This document shows, piece by piece, positions 10,901-21,879 of a stretch of 64,000 nucleotides of DNA (its first letter is position 1; each line of letters begins with the position of its first letter). A program made the translations under genes and the position numbers. Under the pieces are notes generated by a model. It saw nothing but the letters and a program-made list of their open reading frames with translations. It was not told the DNA's origin and made no database searches. The stretch is from Podarcis muralis (lineage: Eukaryota): positions 77,252,001 through 77,316,000 of the forward strand of contig NC_135661.1 in the NCBI RefSeq assembly GCF_964188315.1, given 5' to 3'.

Positions 10901-11745
10901 TGAAAAGATCTGAGAAAGGATGGGAAATTAGATCCTACGAAGAGTTAAAAGATAAATTAACGGGGTGGATACAATACCACCAAATTCACTCGTTATGGAA
11001 CGAACATAAAAAGGCTGGTATGAGTAAGAACAAATCCCAATTCCAGTTAGAAATAATAGAAGGGAAGTCTAAGCTCCTAGCCAAAATGTATAACCAACTA
11101 TTAGACTGGGATACCATGGATGAGGAAGTCAAAGAAGTTATGATTAAGTGGGCCATAGACATAGGACATCCTTTAGAATATGAAAAATGGAAAAAACTAT
11201 GGACCAAAGATATGAAATTCTCAGCATGTGTCAGCCTTCGAGAGAACATGGAAAAGATGATGTACCGCTGGCACATCACTCCAACAAAACTAGCTAAAAT
11301 GTATAAAACCGGAGATAAGACCTGTTGGAGGTGTAAAAAGAAGGAAGGAGACTTCTTCCATATGTGGTGGTCCTGCGATGTAGTAAAGAAGTTCTGGGGT
11401 TCCGTCTATGACGAACTAAAAAAGATGTTAAAGTATACCTTTCCAAAAAAGCCCGAAGCATTCCTTTTAGGAATGGTGGGTAGTGAGATCAGTAAAGACG
11501 ACCAAACCCTATTCCAGTACGCAACAGTAGCCGCTAGGTTACTGTTGGCGCAGAAATGGAAAAATCCCAGTATTCCAACAATTACGGATTGGCGAACCAA
11601 ACTAATTGAACACATCGACTTAGCAATAATGACGCAGAAGATTAGGCAACAGAAAAATACTAAATTTATTAAGGACTGGAACAAATTTTTTTCATACATG
11701 GAGATGACATTAGGAGATACCAAAGTCACAGTAGGTATAATTTAA
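7990..11745 (+). CDS. L1 ORF2p: APE endonuclease, reverse transcriptase and CCHC knuckle, 1251 aa
   Basis: TWNVNGL, QETH, GDLNG and SDHN (endonuclease); PGPDG, YRPISLLN, GTRQGCPLSP and YADD (RT); CWRC...HMWWSC (C-terminal knuckle); no stops or frameshifts. Confidence 0.97.
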   Translation: MSLTFLTWNVNGLNEKVKRNKIVKVLKNKKCDVVCCQETHVAKKHRHILINKKLGKEFINSEVNKKRGVVIYAKEKLEPKVICKDEEGRILGIQVTHQGERFNIVSIYAPNTNKTEFFSKLEQILLDLENNKLILLGDLNGVPEPDIDRSEKRRKGKQGKLPKTFDDLKENLDLIDIWRHKNPTEKQFTHFSGVHQSWGRIDQIWVSRELSLRTGRCTIEPRTLSDHNSIFLEIKSTSPGPYRWRLNDYLLEQDEITDKAKKALKEYFDHNLHKETKINVVWDASKAVLRGFLIQQNKYRKNLREAKKEEVVKQLKEVEDRLITNPGDERYIQNYKLLQTQYSILLNHEIEWGIKMMKQRYFETANKTGKLLAWQLRKKQKQKVISKIKVEDQIIEDPNEVKGKFLQYYENLYKKKEVEDISEMGRYLERYGKEDLTDEEKTMLNEPVTMDEVREVIKKMKPGKAPGPDGLSQKYYKALEEQLVPVLCSVINNILQGGEMPDSWREAHITLIPKPDSDTLNISNYRPISLLNNDYKIFAGIMANRFKKYLNRVIHKDQAGFLPGRQMKENVRHVVNIIEYLDLKIDIPAALIFIDAEKAFDNVSWEFLIKCMERAGIRGPFLEGIRAIYSNQRAKLIINGNLTNSFKITKGTRQGCPLSPLLFIMVLEVILNKIRGTQEIRGIKIGKKEYKVKAYADDLVISIEEPLERMNVVIEVMEEFGRLSGFKVNKTKTKMLVKNLDEQTKNKIETGSGIKISKKVKYLGIWLSTKNINLVEDNYNRTWRECKRDLDCWSRLYLSWEGRMAAIKMNILPKMIFLFQNIPVIRGTTMFKNWQRTLSRFIWQGKRARIKYKLLTDKRDRGGFALPNLQLYYEASCLCWVKEWIVLNNTELLDLEGFNARFGWHAYLWQDKAGVHKGFSNHIIRGALLEVWNRCKNLVEKGTPLWLSPIDILAIKKTNMEGRRWTYEELLKRSEKGWEIRSYEELKDKLTGWIQYHQIHSLWNEHKKAGMSKNKSQFQLEIIEGKSKLLAKMYNQLLDWDTMDEEVKEVMIKWAIDIGHPLEYEKWKKLWTKDMKFSACVSLRENMEKMMYRWHITPTKLAKMYKTGDKTCWRCKKKEGDFFHMWWSCDVVKKFWGSVYDELKKMLKYTFPKKPEAFLLGMVGSEISKDDQTLFQYATVAARLLLAQKWKNPSIPTITDWRTKLIEHIDLAIMTQKIRQQKNTKFIKDWNKFFSYMEMTLGDTKVTVGII

Positions 11746-12005
11746 AAACTGCGAAGTAAAACATGATAGTTAGTAAAAGACACTGCTGTAAATATTGTTG
11801 AGATAGAGATCTCGTCGTGGTGGTGGGAAGTCAAAGAACGGAAATATTGTATATTGATTTTGGACTATTCTATTATGTTTGTTTTTCTTGGACTGTTCTA
11901 CTGTATTTGTTTTTCTTTTGCATTTTTTATTAATAATGTATATGTGTTTTTTAGATGTTGGATTATAATAAAAACTTTTTTAAAATTAAAAAAAAAAAAC
12001 AACAA

Positions 12006-12219
12006 TGTAGCGGGCGGGCGGGAAGGTGACGTCGGGACAGTGCGTGACTAACGCACGCACCGCCCCCATGCGACATCACAGCCAGTACAGCGCCCGCCAC
12101 AGTGGGGAGTGTCGGGGCGCACAATGCGCCTCCTCCCCTCGCTAGTATCCGCCCCGGAGCTGCGGCAAAGGTGTAAAAGAGCCACATGCGGCTCCGGAGC
12201 CGCGGGTTGCAGACCCCTG
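12006..12219. mobile_element. One end of a non-autonomous hAT element, cut by the L1 insertion
   Basis: Ends ...gcggctccggagccgcgggttgcagacccctg, followed by GTCTAGAT (NTCTAGAN, the hAT/Charlie-type target). Confidence 0.7.
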
Positions 12220-12389
12220 GTCTAGATGATTGGTGCCTTCAAAAAACGTTTACAGTTGCCATCCCACAGCCCTCTCAATTACCTTCCTCAGAAAACACCA
12301 TAGGTGTGGATCAGGCCAATCTGCAACAAGAGTCGCAGAAATCAAGTTCCTCCAACAAACCCTTATATGAATAGGTGATTTATAGTTAC

Positions 12390-12527
12390 CTATGGTTGTA
12401 GTTCCAGATATCTCAAAGCATTTGGTCTCCTCTCCAGCACATTTGATGGGCGGAAACTTACACTCGGTTCCATCAGGTGGGCAAGTGGAGCATTGCCTTC
12501 CATTCAATGTGGTGTTTCTCCATGGAG
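12390..12527 (-). CDS. Gene 1 exon 4
   Basis: 138 nt, ttccag|CT...ATAG|gtaact; NTTLNGRQCSTC...C...C...C. Confidence 0.9.
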
Positions 12528-15500
12528 CTGGAAGAAAGGTGAGAAAATCAGATTTGGGATGTAAGAAGAACAGCGCTGACAAGGGGATTAGGAAGAAGAT
12601 CACAAAAATTAAGCGCCTCCCATTCTGCTAAGTGTCTCATATGTCTAGGACACACGTTTGACAAGCCAGTACCATGTTTCTTGTCATCTTTGGCTTCATA
12701 CATGGGGGCACCATCTCACCTGAAATGACAGCCCCTTCCAAATTTTGGTCTCCTCCCCATCTTTGGGAGAGGTTCCTCCTGCCCTCTGTCCTTAAGCCGT
12801 CAGGTATTTTAATTGGCCCTAACACTGAAGATCTGCACTCTCCCATTTCCTCACATGCTTCCAATTCTAGGCCAGATTTCCATGGAGCCAGGGACAGAGA
12901 ACCTATAGCGTTTCCACTATTGTCCCATCAGTCTCAGCTAGCCAGTTGCCAGGGATGTTGGGAGTTGCAGTTTGCCATCATCGAGAGCAGGGTTTCCCAA
13001 ACTTGGGTCTCTAGTTGTTTTTTGATTACAATTCCCATCATCCCTGACCACTGGTTCTGCTAGCTAGGGATGATGGGAGTTGTAGTTCAAAAACAGCTAG
13101 AGACCCAAGTTTGGGAAACCCTAATCTAGAAAGCTGCAGGTTCTCCTTCTTTGTAGGGAGAATCTTCTTTGCCCAAAATTTTCAGTCTTGTATAGAGAAT
13201 CTGTTCCTGATGTTTTAGCATCATCCACAAGACCTGTTCATTGAGCATTCCTCCTGATATGCTTGCACAAAACTTACATGGGGGGTTGATTCTATCCCAT
13301 CTTAGTTGAGCATTTGTTCTGATGCACCTAGGGCATTGTTTTTGCCGAAGCAGTCTGGAAGAAGCAGAGGCCACAGTAAAACATCAAATCAATGCCGAGG
13401 TTTCCCTAGGGGTGTGGCAAGCAACAGCATTTCTTTTTTAAGGAAAAAGAAAGGCCACTTCTAAGCTGTCACTATTCCGCAGGTGGATGTCTTCTCATTT
13501 TCCTGCAACCTTTAGTCTAAATCAGGATGAATTTCAGTGACCAGGTTGTCAGCAAGCGACTGATGAAAGGAGTGAGGAAAGGATAAAGAGACTAGCGGGG
13601 ACTTACTAGGGGGCCATGTTGTTTTGCAGGCAGCTCCCACACAGCAATGAGTCTCGATTACTGTTGTTCCAAATAGGCCACTGTTGATGATTTGGGGCCC
13701 TTTGCCGCACAATTTTGATGAGCCGCAACCCTTCTCAAAAACATTTTGGTCTGGAGGGATCAAAAGAAGGCAAATCTCATGAAACACAAGCGATAGCTTT
13801 AGCCTCAATGTGGGCAGCCACCGGCCACACACCACAGCATCTTTAGCAATCATAGCATATGGTCTCAAGGCAGGCCATGGGCCCATCGTGCGCCAGTTTC
13901 TCAATTTCATGTTTCATTAAATCCCTAGCCCACCTCTACCCTGAAAAGAATCCAGGCTCGGAAGCAAGAAAACCACAAAGAAATACAATCAGCAAATAAA
14001 ACAAATGGAAGCCATTCAAGAACAGTCACATGCCCTGAGCTGATAATATCAACGGGGCATCTTTCAGCCATTAAATAAATGCCTAGTTTTAACTTCCTCC
14101 TGGGTGTTAATAATGTGGGAAACAGATGCCACCTCACCAGGGAGAACACTCCAGCACCACTAAGAAGGCCTGGTTGTGGGTCAGTGCCAACTGGGCAGCA
14201 ACTCCCACCAGCAAAGCCATCAGCAGTGGCATTGCAGTTAATAGCAGGAAGCCACTCCTTTAAGTAAGGTACTTGGATCCCAAGCCATTTAGAGCTGGGT
14301 ACTAGATATGTGACAGGACATGGGTGGCGCTGTGGTCTAAACCACTGAGCCTGGGGCTTGCCAATCGGAAGGTTGGCGGTTCGAATCCCCATGACGGGGT
14401 GAGCTCCCATTGCCCGGTCCAAGCTCCTGCCAACCTAGCAGCTCGAAAGCATGTTAAAGTAGATAAATAGGTACCACTCCGGCGGGAAGATAAATGGTGT
14501 TTCCATGCGCTGCTCTGGTTCGCCAGAAACGGCTTAGTCATGCTGGCCACATGACCCGGAAAAACTGTCTGCGGACAAACGTCAGCTCCCTCGGCCAGTA
14601 AAGTGAGATGAGTGCCACAACCCCAGAGTCGTTCGCGACTGGACTTAACTGTCAGGGATCCTTTACCTTTACCTTTTACTAGATATATGCTAGATATGTA
14701 GCAGGCATCATTCTCATCATTTTAGCACTTTTCTCAATCCAAGTCAAGGAAATGCCCTTTGTTTCCTTGCATAGTGCTCAACAAAAGCTTCTCTGCAGAC
14801 AGAAGGTAGGGTAACTGGCTACATTTGGAATCTCCAGGGAATTAAACCACAGCAGGGAACCCAGCTGAACCCTCCTCCCCACCAAGAGGCAAGGTGAGGA
14901 GACTGCCTCACGCAACAGGGTCCCCCGGGGAAGCAGGTGTCAATCTTGCTTCAACCCCTTGTTCCTGATATAGATCTTCCCTCTTCTCTTCTTTCTTTCT
15001 TTTTAATTATTTTTATTAAGTTTTGTTTTGCATAAATCCATAAACATTTTCCATCTATAATTCAAACTATACCCAAGTAACATAGTAAAAGAAAATAAAG
15101 AGAGAGAAAAAAAATACATAGCCACTAATTATCTTCCGCACCATCCATTCCCCATACTTGTATTTAATGATCAAACCTTAAGAATTCTAATCTTTTGAAT
15201 TGACTTCTGTCCACCACCTCAATTCGGGTCATTTCCCCCCCATTCTTTAACTGCCTTCTTTAGATGTTTTCCATTCCTTGGTACTGTATTAGCTTGTTGG
15301 TTATTATAATTGTTTTGTCTTCTGCAAAAATTAATAAAGGTTTTATTTGAGAACAGTGTTTTTCTAGGTGATTTTTATAGCACTCCCATTCCTTAGTGAA
15401 CTTTTGGCTTGTTCCATTCCTAATTGTTCCTGTCATTTTAGCGAACTCAATGTATTCAAATAGCTTTAGTTGCCATCCCTCCTTTGTTGGGACCTCTCCT

Positions 15501-18500
15501 CTTCTTCCCTAGTGGGAATGGGTGGCGGGTTGACATTTGGGGGTCTTCCTCAGATGCCCAAATGTCTTGGCCCTGCCCTGCTCCCCACCCAGGCAAGAGG
15601 ATGTTACGCATTTCTTCAAATCTGCTGATGGCTGTAGGTCATCTCCACTTACCTAACCCAGAAATGCTGACACTCAACACCCGAGTAACACATGTGTCTT
15701 GCTCCTGGGTGCATTGCATCATAGGTCCTGAGCAGCGGCTTGTTGGCGAAGTACATTGCTCACATTCTAGAGCCATTCCTGAAAGCACACAAAATAAGAA
15801 AAGTCAATGTTGTTAATTCTCCTTCCTCTCCTGCTCCCGCTTTTTCTTTACCCAGAGTTAACAACTCAAGATGCACCAAAACAAGGTGTACTCAAACCCT
15901 GGGCAGGTTCCCTCTGGCTAAAGTCATTACAGACCCTCCAAGTGTCCCAATTATCAGAGACGGTCCTGTATTTACAGAAGCTGTCCCGGTTTCTTATTAG
16001 AGGTCCCTCTTTTCCTTAGGACATCCCTATTTTCATCAGATAAATGCTGGAGGGTATGGACAACCACTAAACAAAGGAGATAAATACGGTAACCATACAA
16101 CCTTTAGAAGACATCGGACGACAGCCCTTTATAAGGAAGTTTTGTTTTTTTAAAAGTTTAATGTTCTATTTATTTATTTTTAAAATTGTGAATGAATTAA
16201 TTTTATTATTTCGGTCACAGACCAGTTCCAGCCCACATAGAATATCAAGGAAGTCATAAAACACAATAAAGTCATAAAACATGATAAAGTCATAAAACAT
16301 CTCCCATTCCAACAAAATTCCATACATTTTAGAAATTACCTTTCTTTTATTTAATAATTCTTTATCTAATGTTGAAATTTCACTTGCAAAACCTTTTTTT
16401 TTTTTAAATCTGCTTTGAACACCTCATTTAGTTAGTGGTACTGAATCCACCCTGTTAGGTGGCGCTTTATTTCCTCATAATCTTTCAGTTTCAATTTGTT
16501 ATCTTTTTCTTCTAATAAATCCTTATATATGTCCCAGTTTGATTCCATATTTTTTCCTTTTTACTGCTATCGCCTCTAAGGGTGAGAACCACTAAGGCAT
16601 TTTAGGTTCTAATAACTCTTTATACTTTTCCCATACTCTATTTTGGCATGCTCTGGTCCATGGGGTCACGAAGAGTCGGGCATGACTAAACGACTAAACA
16701 ACAACAACAAATTTTAAAAAATGGGGGAAGATTGCCCAGAGTTGTTGTTGAGGTTTTTTTACAGGAGGGAGGGGGGTTTGCCTGAAATCACTTGACCTAA
16801 TGGCTGACTCGCCCATGTTGTAACAGCCTCCTAACGCCTGACCCCTCGCCGGGAGAAGCAGCCTATTGCCCACCCAATTGCCACACCAACACCCAATCAA
16901 CACCACCCCTTGCCCCAGACATCAATAACACGCTGCAGACCATTTACGGCTCGCGGCATTGACCAATCCCACGTCCCCCCTAGGCAGGACTGGTCATGTT
17001 GTGCGGATGCCTGATTATCGTCTTCCAAAGCAACTATTCTATTCCGAACTTAAAAATGGAAAGTGTAATGCTGGTGGTCAACAAAAGAGGTTTATAGACT
17101 GTTTCAAGGCAAATCTTTAAAAAATGTAGTATAAACACCGACAACTGGGAAACACTGGCCTGCGAGCGCTCCAGTTGGACAACAGCCTTTAACAAAGGTG
17201 TCATGGGCTTTGAAGACTGAAACTCAGGACACAAGGGAGAAACATGCTAGGAGGAAGGCACGCCTGGCAAATCCACACCATGATCAACTCCCGCCCAGAA
17301 ACCAATGTCCCCACTGTGGAAGGATGTGTGGATCCAGAATTGGCCTCCACAGTCACTTATGGACTCATTGTTAAAACTGTGTTTATGGAAGACAAACTTA
17401 CTTGGCTACGAGTGACCGCCAAAGAAAGAAGACCCATGTATAAGACAACCCCCCTATTTTAAACACAATTTTTCAGTAAAAAAAAACACCTAGTCTTATA
17501 CATGGAAAAGTATGGTACTTTTCTGCCAGAGTATCAATGAAATCTCAACCCGCCATCCCCCCCCACTCTCCTCATCCCAATTATCCTCTTCAGCCAGTGA
17601 GGTCCCCAGGGTAGGAAGGCTATTAAGCTGGGAGACAGTGAAGTGCTGGGGTCAGTTAGCAAACAGAAACCCATCAATTTCCATTGGTTTGGGAGGTCTG
17701 GAGACACTGATTGCCTGCACAGTCTCTTTTTCATATTACTTGCATGCAGAGTCCTGATATAACGTAATTACAGCAGCTTCCACTCCAGCTCTCCAGCTCC
17801 TGTGCCACAGTCAAAATGAGAAATCATTTCCTTGGTGATGAGAGACATTCAGGGTGGCTTAGGGTGTGGTTAGTTGTCTTTGGTTGGCTGTAGTGAGAAT
17901 AGTTTCTTCTCCTTCTCCTTCTCCTTCTCCCTAATTGTTTTAACCAATTCATAAACTAAGAACTTATACATTGACCACTAATAATGAAACATATGGTTGT
18001 AGATATTTCTTTCCACATTTATTATGCTGTTTTTTGTGATATACAGTACATGAGAAAACTTGGTATACTTATTTGTATAACATTCTTGTATATAAAAACC
18101 CAATAAATAAATAAATAAAATTCCAGATGTTTAGTTTAATCATATCACTTTGTTTCCCTCCTCTCCCAGTGACGGACTGAGGTTGAATCCTGACAAGACA
18201 TAAGTACTGTTCTTGGGGGACAGGGGGCAGGCGGGTGTGGAGGACTCTCTGGTCTTAAATGGGGTAACTGTGCCCCTGAAGGACCACGTACGCAGCCTGG
18301 GAGTCATTTTGGACTCACAGCTGTCCATGGAGGCGCAGGTGAATTCTGTGTCCAGGGCAGCTGTCTCCCAGCTCCATCTGGTACGCAGGCTGAGACCCTA
18401 CCTGCCCATGGACCGTCTTGCCAGAGTGGTGCATGCTCTGGTTATCTCCCACTTGGACTATGCGCTCTACGTGGGGCTACCTTTGAAGGTGACCCAGAAA

Positions 18501-21045
18501 CTGCAATTAACCCACAATGTGGGAGCTAGACTGGTAACTGTGAGTGGCCGCCGAGACCATATCACACCAGTCCTGAAAGACCTACATTGGCTCCCATAGG
18601 CGCCGACTCCATGGGGCTTGAGGGGGCCCGAGCCCCCTCAAAAATTCGTTTGGGGGGGCTCCGCCCCCCCAATAATCTCCGGCGCCCCTCCAGCAGAGCT
18701 CCATCGCCGCCCCTCCCCCAGCCCAAAATGCACAGGGAGGGGCGGGCTGCATGCCTCCTGCCCTCCCTCCCGAGCAAAAGCTCCACCCAATTTCCTTTGG
18801 AGCTGATTAATAGGCGCAGCACGCTCTCCCCTATTCGCTCACGAGGAGGCGGCGCCACTTTATTTGCATATTCATGAGCTTATTTATTATTCATGAGCTT
18901 TCCCGGGCCCCCCCAATATTTTTTATAAGTCCGCGTCCCTGTTGGCTCCCATTACATTTCCAAATACAAGTCAAAGTGTTGGTGCTGACCTTTAAAGCCC
19001 TAAATGGCCTTGGCCCAGTATACCTGAAGGAGCATCTCCACCTCCATCATTCTGCCCAGACATTGAGGTCCAGCTCCAAGGGCCTTCTGGCGGCTCCCTC
19101 ACTGCAAGAAGTGAGGTTACAGGGAACCAGGCAGAGGGCCTTCTCAGTAGTTGCACCCACCCTGTGGAACGCCCTCCTATCAGATGTCAAGGAAATAAAC
19201 AACTATCTGACTTTTAAAAGACATCTGAAGGCTGTTTAGTGAAGTTTTTAATGTTTAATGCTGTATTGTGTTTTTAATATTTGGTTGGGAGCCACCCAGT
19301 GTGGCTGGGGAAACCCAGCCAGATGGGTGGTGTATATTTAATAAATTATTTTTGTTATTATTACTCCTTGCTGGTTGCAGCTAAGAGTAGGAATTGGGCA
19401 ATAGTCAGCCAGGGCTCCAGCTAAAGAGCAACAATACAGAACAGAAAAATTCAGTCAAGGTCCAGGACTTCAAGGCCCGGCAATGATTTTATTTATTCCA
19501 TTTTTCTGCAAACTACTTAGAGGCTTTATTGCAAAACCAATTGTGTTTTTTAAAAATAAAACCAACACCATATATGATGCAAATTCCTTATGCAACTGTC
19601 TCACTAAATTGGGGGGGGGCTACCTCACAAGCTGTGAATTGCATCCAGCCCCTCAAGTGCTTTTTTGGGGGGGGTCCCCCACCCCCAAATGTAGTTTTTT
19701 AAAAAGAAATTTCATTTTCTTATAAAAAAAAATGACAGCTGCTATCCCTCTCTTTCTATGAGTCCATGATCATGATTCCAAAGCTGTTAATTTGGGGTGG
19801 GGGGGGGTTGAGGGTCCCAAAAATGTTCCATTCTTAATTTTTATATCAGACTGCTTCCATAAGTCTCATGCGCTGCCAAAAGATTCTGTGGACCTCCAAG
19901 AACACCCCCCCAAAAAAAAATTATGCAAAACAAATGTGATTCTAATAGGTACCCCCGCTGAGATGCCAAATGTTTTGTGCCCCTGCAAGGCCCCCTCAAA
20001 TCTGTCCATTTTATTTTTTCTCTCACAGATTCATTGTGATTCGAAGATGTTTTTTCCTGACCCCACCCGAACCTCACGTTGTCATTTTAAAAATAAACCA
20101 AACAGGCCACACCCATTCCTTAACTTTGGACACACACACTTTGACGTGTAACTCTCAGAGCTATATGCTAGTGCACATTGTCTTTTTTAAAATAATAAAT
20201 GCTTTTTATTCGTTTTTCACTTCACACAAACAAACAAAGTACAATCATCTTCCCACATTCTTTCCCAACACTCTGCTGTGCATTGACTTCCCTCCCTCCC
20301 TTCAACAGGTTTTCTTAATTCAGTCTCCTTTCCGCAGTTTCTTATTATATCCAGTCCCCGTCGTAAGATTTATTTCATTCCTGCTAGTGTTTTCAAATCT
20401 CTACAGTTATTATTTATATAATCCATAAGTTTACTCCAATCTCTTTGGAATTGTGTTTCCTCCTGGTTGACTGTAGTGTCAACAGCCCTTGGAAAAACTA
20501 CATTACCACAGGGTATGTTTGAGAGGCATTAAACTCTCACCTCTTCCATCTCTCTGACTGCCAGACGGGTGAGAAAAAAGCACAGACTCCCAAACCCTTG
20601 GAATGCTCAGATGTTACAACACATGGAAAGTATGTGCTCGCCTAATGCCTCCCTCTCTCTTTTTTTTTATTTTTATGCCTTATCAGGAAATTGTATCTCA
20701 CCGAATCAGCAAAGCTGTGGCAGGTTGTCATAACAGGATGCTTGGCTTCGCTTGTCTCTTTAGTTCCAGGCTTGGCTCTTTTCTCCCCCCAGCCAAGCAT
20801 TTACTCTAGGAAATCAGCATGCATATTATATCACTGAAGACGGATGCACTTGTGGAACGCCCTCCCATCCAATGTCAAGGAAATAAACAACAACCTGACT
20901 TTTAGAAGACATCTGAAGGCAGCTCTGTTTAGGGAAATTTTTAATGTTTGATTCTTTATTGTATTTTTAATCTTTTGTTGGAAGCTGCCCAGAGGCAGCT
21001 GGGGAAACCCAGCCAGATGGGCAGGGTATAAATAAATTATTATTA

Positions 21046-21102
<57 letters not shown>

Positions 21103-21372
21103 CCCTTAGCACCCATCGTTTCCCCATTTCAATATATTGTTGCAAATGCTAATGAGTGGGTTCCTGCAAAAGTTCTGCACCCTCTTTGTTCCAACCCAGG
21201 GAGTAACGATGATTGTTTTGCACAGAGGACTGACTATCTGTGAGATGAAACATGCAGCATTTTTTTTCTGGTGCTGCAAAGCCTCCCCCCCTACCCCACC
21301 CCCAAAAAAGTTTCCATACTCACCCAGGGCTATGAAGGCAGCAAGGAGGCTGATGAAAAGAGGAGTCTGCAT
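12390..21372 (-). CDS. Gene 1: PLA2-inhibitor-gamma / Ly6-PLAUR two-domain three-finger protein, 3'-incomplete; exons 21372-21324, 15778-15653, 13750-13607, 12527-12390
   Basis: MQTPLFISLLAAFIALG MALECEQCTSPTSRCSGPMMQCTQEQDTCVTRVLSVSISGLD QNVFEKGCGSSKLCGKGPQIINSGLFGTTVIETHCCVGAACKTTWPPT PWRNTTLNGRQCSTCPPDGTECKFPPIKCAGEETKCFEISGTTTIG. All introns GT-AG, phase 1; 10-Cys domain 1. Confidence 0.88.
12988..13123. mobile_element. Palindromic hAT-type MITE
   Basis: Terminal inverted repeats gggtttcccaaacttgggtctct / agagacccaagtttgggaaaccc and internal symmetry. Confidence 0.75.
13607..13750 (-). CDS. Gene 1 exon 3
   Basis: 144 nt, ccag|AC...CTA|gtaagt; KGC...C...HCCVGAAC. Confidence 0.9.
14316..14677 (+). 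mobile_element. Sauria SINE
   Basis: ggtggcgctgtggtctaaaccac head, ggttcgaatcccc B-box, tagataaataggtacc core, (ACCTTT)n tail; tactagatat flanking duplication. Confidence 0.9.
14995..15490 (-). mobile_element. L1 3' fragment
   Basis: T-rich tail and ORF2 C-terminal remnant (EGWQLKLFEYIEFAKMTG). Confidence 0.7.
15653..15778 (-). CDS. Gene 1 exon 2
   Basis: 126 nt, ttcag|GA...TTAG|gtaagt; LECEQC...C...C...C. Confidence 0.9.
15930..16058. mobile_element. Short non-autonomous DNA element (related copies at 28548-28658 and ~61505-61650)
   Basis: Inverted termini cagaccctcca / tggagggtatg; internal gtccc/gggac motifs recur in the other copies. Confidence 0.6.
16140..16711. mobile_element. L1 3' fragment (minus) followed by a BovB 3' tail (16648-16711, plus)
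   Basis: T-rich L1-type 3' UTR; gctctggtccatggggtcacgaagagtcgg...(CAA)n. Confidence 0.6.
16980..17432 (+). mobile_element. RTE-clade LINE 3' fragment (not BovB)
   Basis: Degenerate TGHVVRMPDYRLPKQLFYSEL...CPHCGR.CGSRIGLHSH coding remnant. Confidence 0.7.
18165..19345 (+). mobile_element. L2 LINE 3' fragment interrupted by a hAT MITE
   Basis: LGVILDSQL...ISHLDY...HITPVLKDLHWLP...KVLVLTFKAL RT C-terminal remnant; ggctggggaaacccagccagatggg tail. Confidence 0.85.
18595..18941. mobile_element. hAT-type MITE, 347 bp
   Basis: 8-bp TSD TTGGCTCC at 18587-18594 and 18942-18949; imperfect terminal inverted repeats. Confidence 0.85.
20850..21100 (+). mobile_element. L2 3' end with (ATT)n tail
   Basis: tggaacgccctccc...gaagacatctgaaggc...cccagccagatggg, then ATT repeats. 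Confidence 0.8.
21324..21372 (-). CDS. Gene 1 exon 1 (signal peptide)
   Basis: 49 nt, ATG...CTGG|gtgagt; MQTPLFISLLAAFIAL. Confidence 0.8.
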
Positions 21373-21879
21373 CCTTCTAGATTTCAATTGAGAGCTGTTC
21401 ACAAGCCTTGAACACACACAAAACCAATCCAACCCACACTTCTGCCTCCTTGATGCAACTGTGTATCTGTGTATGTGTAGTTGGGAGGTGGGGAACTGTT
21501 CTGTAGAAGAGATCAGTCAAGCTTCCCGGAAAACAAGGTGGAGACGCCAAAGCACCTCCCCAGTGGGATACAGGCCAAGTGGGTAGTAGATCAACTTTGC
21601 AAACGGGAGGTCTCCTATACAAAACCATGCATCCCTCTCGGTTTGCTTTGATATTCATCAGCTATAGAAAACAATGTTAAAAGCATGAAGGGCTGAACAC
21701 AGCCAAGAAAGCTCTGCTCACCACTGGGAAATATGCAACAGCAACAGCTACTATTCTAGGCACAGCCAACTTTTATGGGACTGACTTGTGACTTGTAACT
21801 TCATTTTTGTGACTTGTTTTTGTGACTGTGTAGAACCCAGTTCAGCTACAGATTGATTGATTGATTGATTGATTGATTG

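Larger units (their letters stand above)
1..12005 (+). mobile_element. L1-clade LINE with intact ORF1 and ORF2; 5' UTR (1-1032 + 6880-6932) interrupted by a Gypsy insertion; true 5' end probably left of the window
   Basis: ORF1 6933-7955, 34-nt spacer, ORF2 7990-11745, T-rich 3' UTR, AATAAA at 11967-11972, A-rich tail to ~12005. Sequence on both sides of the Gypsy joins through the GAGCC TSD. Assigning 1-1032 to the L1 5' UTR is an inference from that junction. Confidence 0.9.

Noticed and set aside
14680-14792. Possible degenerate exon 2 (…EKC*NDENDACY…) beside a Sauria SINE
   Set aside because: Needs two stops and frameshifts, Cys spacing does not match, there is no phase-1 donor, and the real exon 2 is at 15653-15778.
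21106-21238. Cys-containing stretch after an acceptor-like site in gene 1 intron 1 (LCKTIIV…FCRNPLISICNN)
   Set aside because: Wrong phase, no CC motif, and the phase-1 frame stops early.
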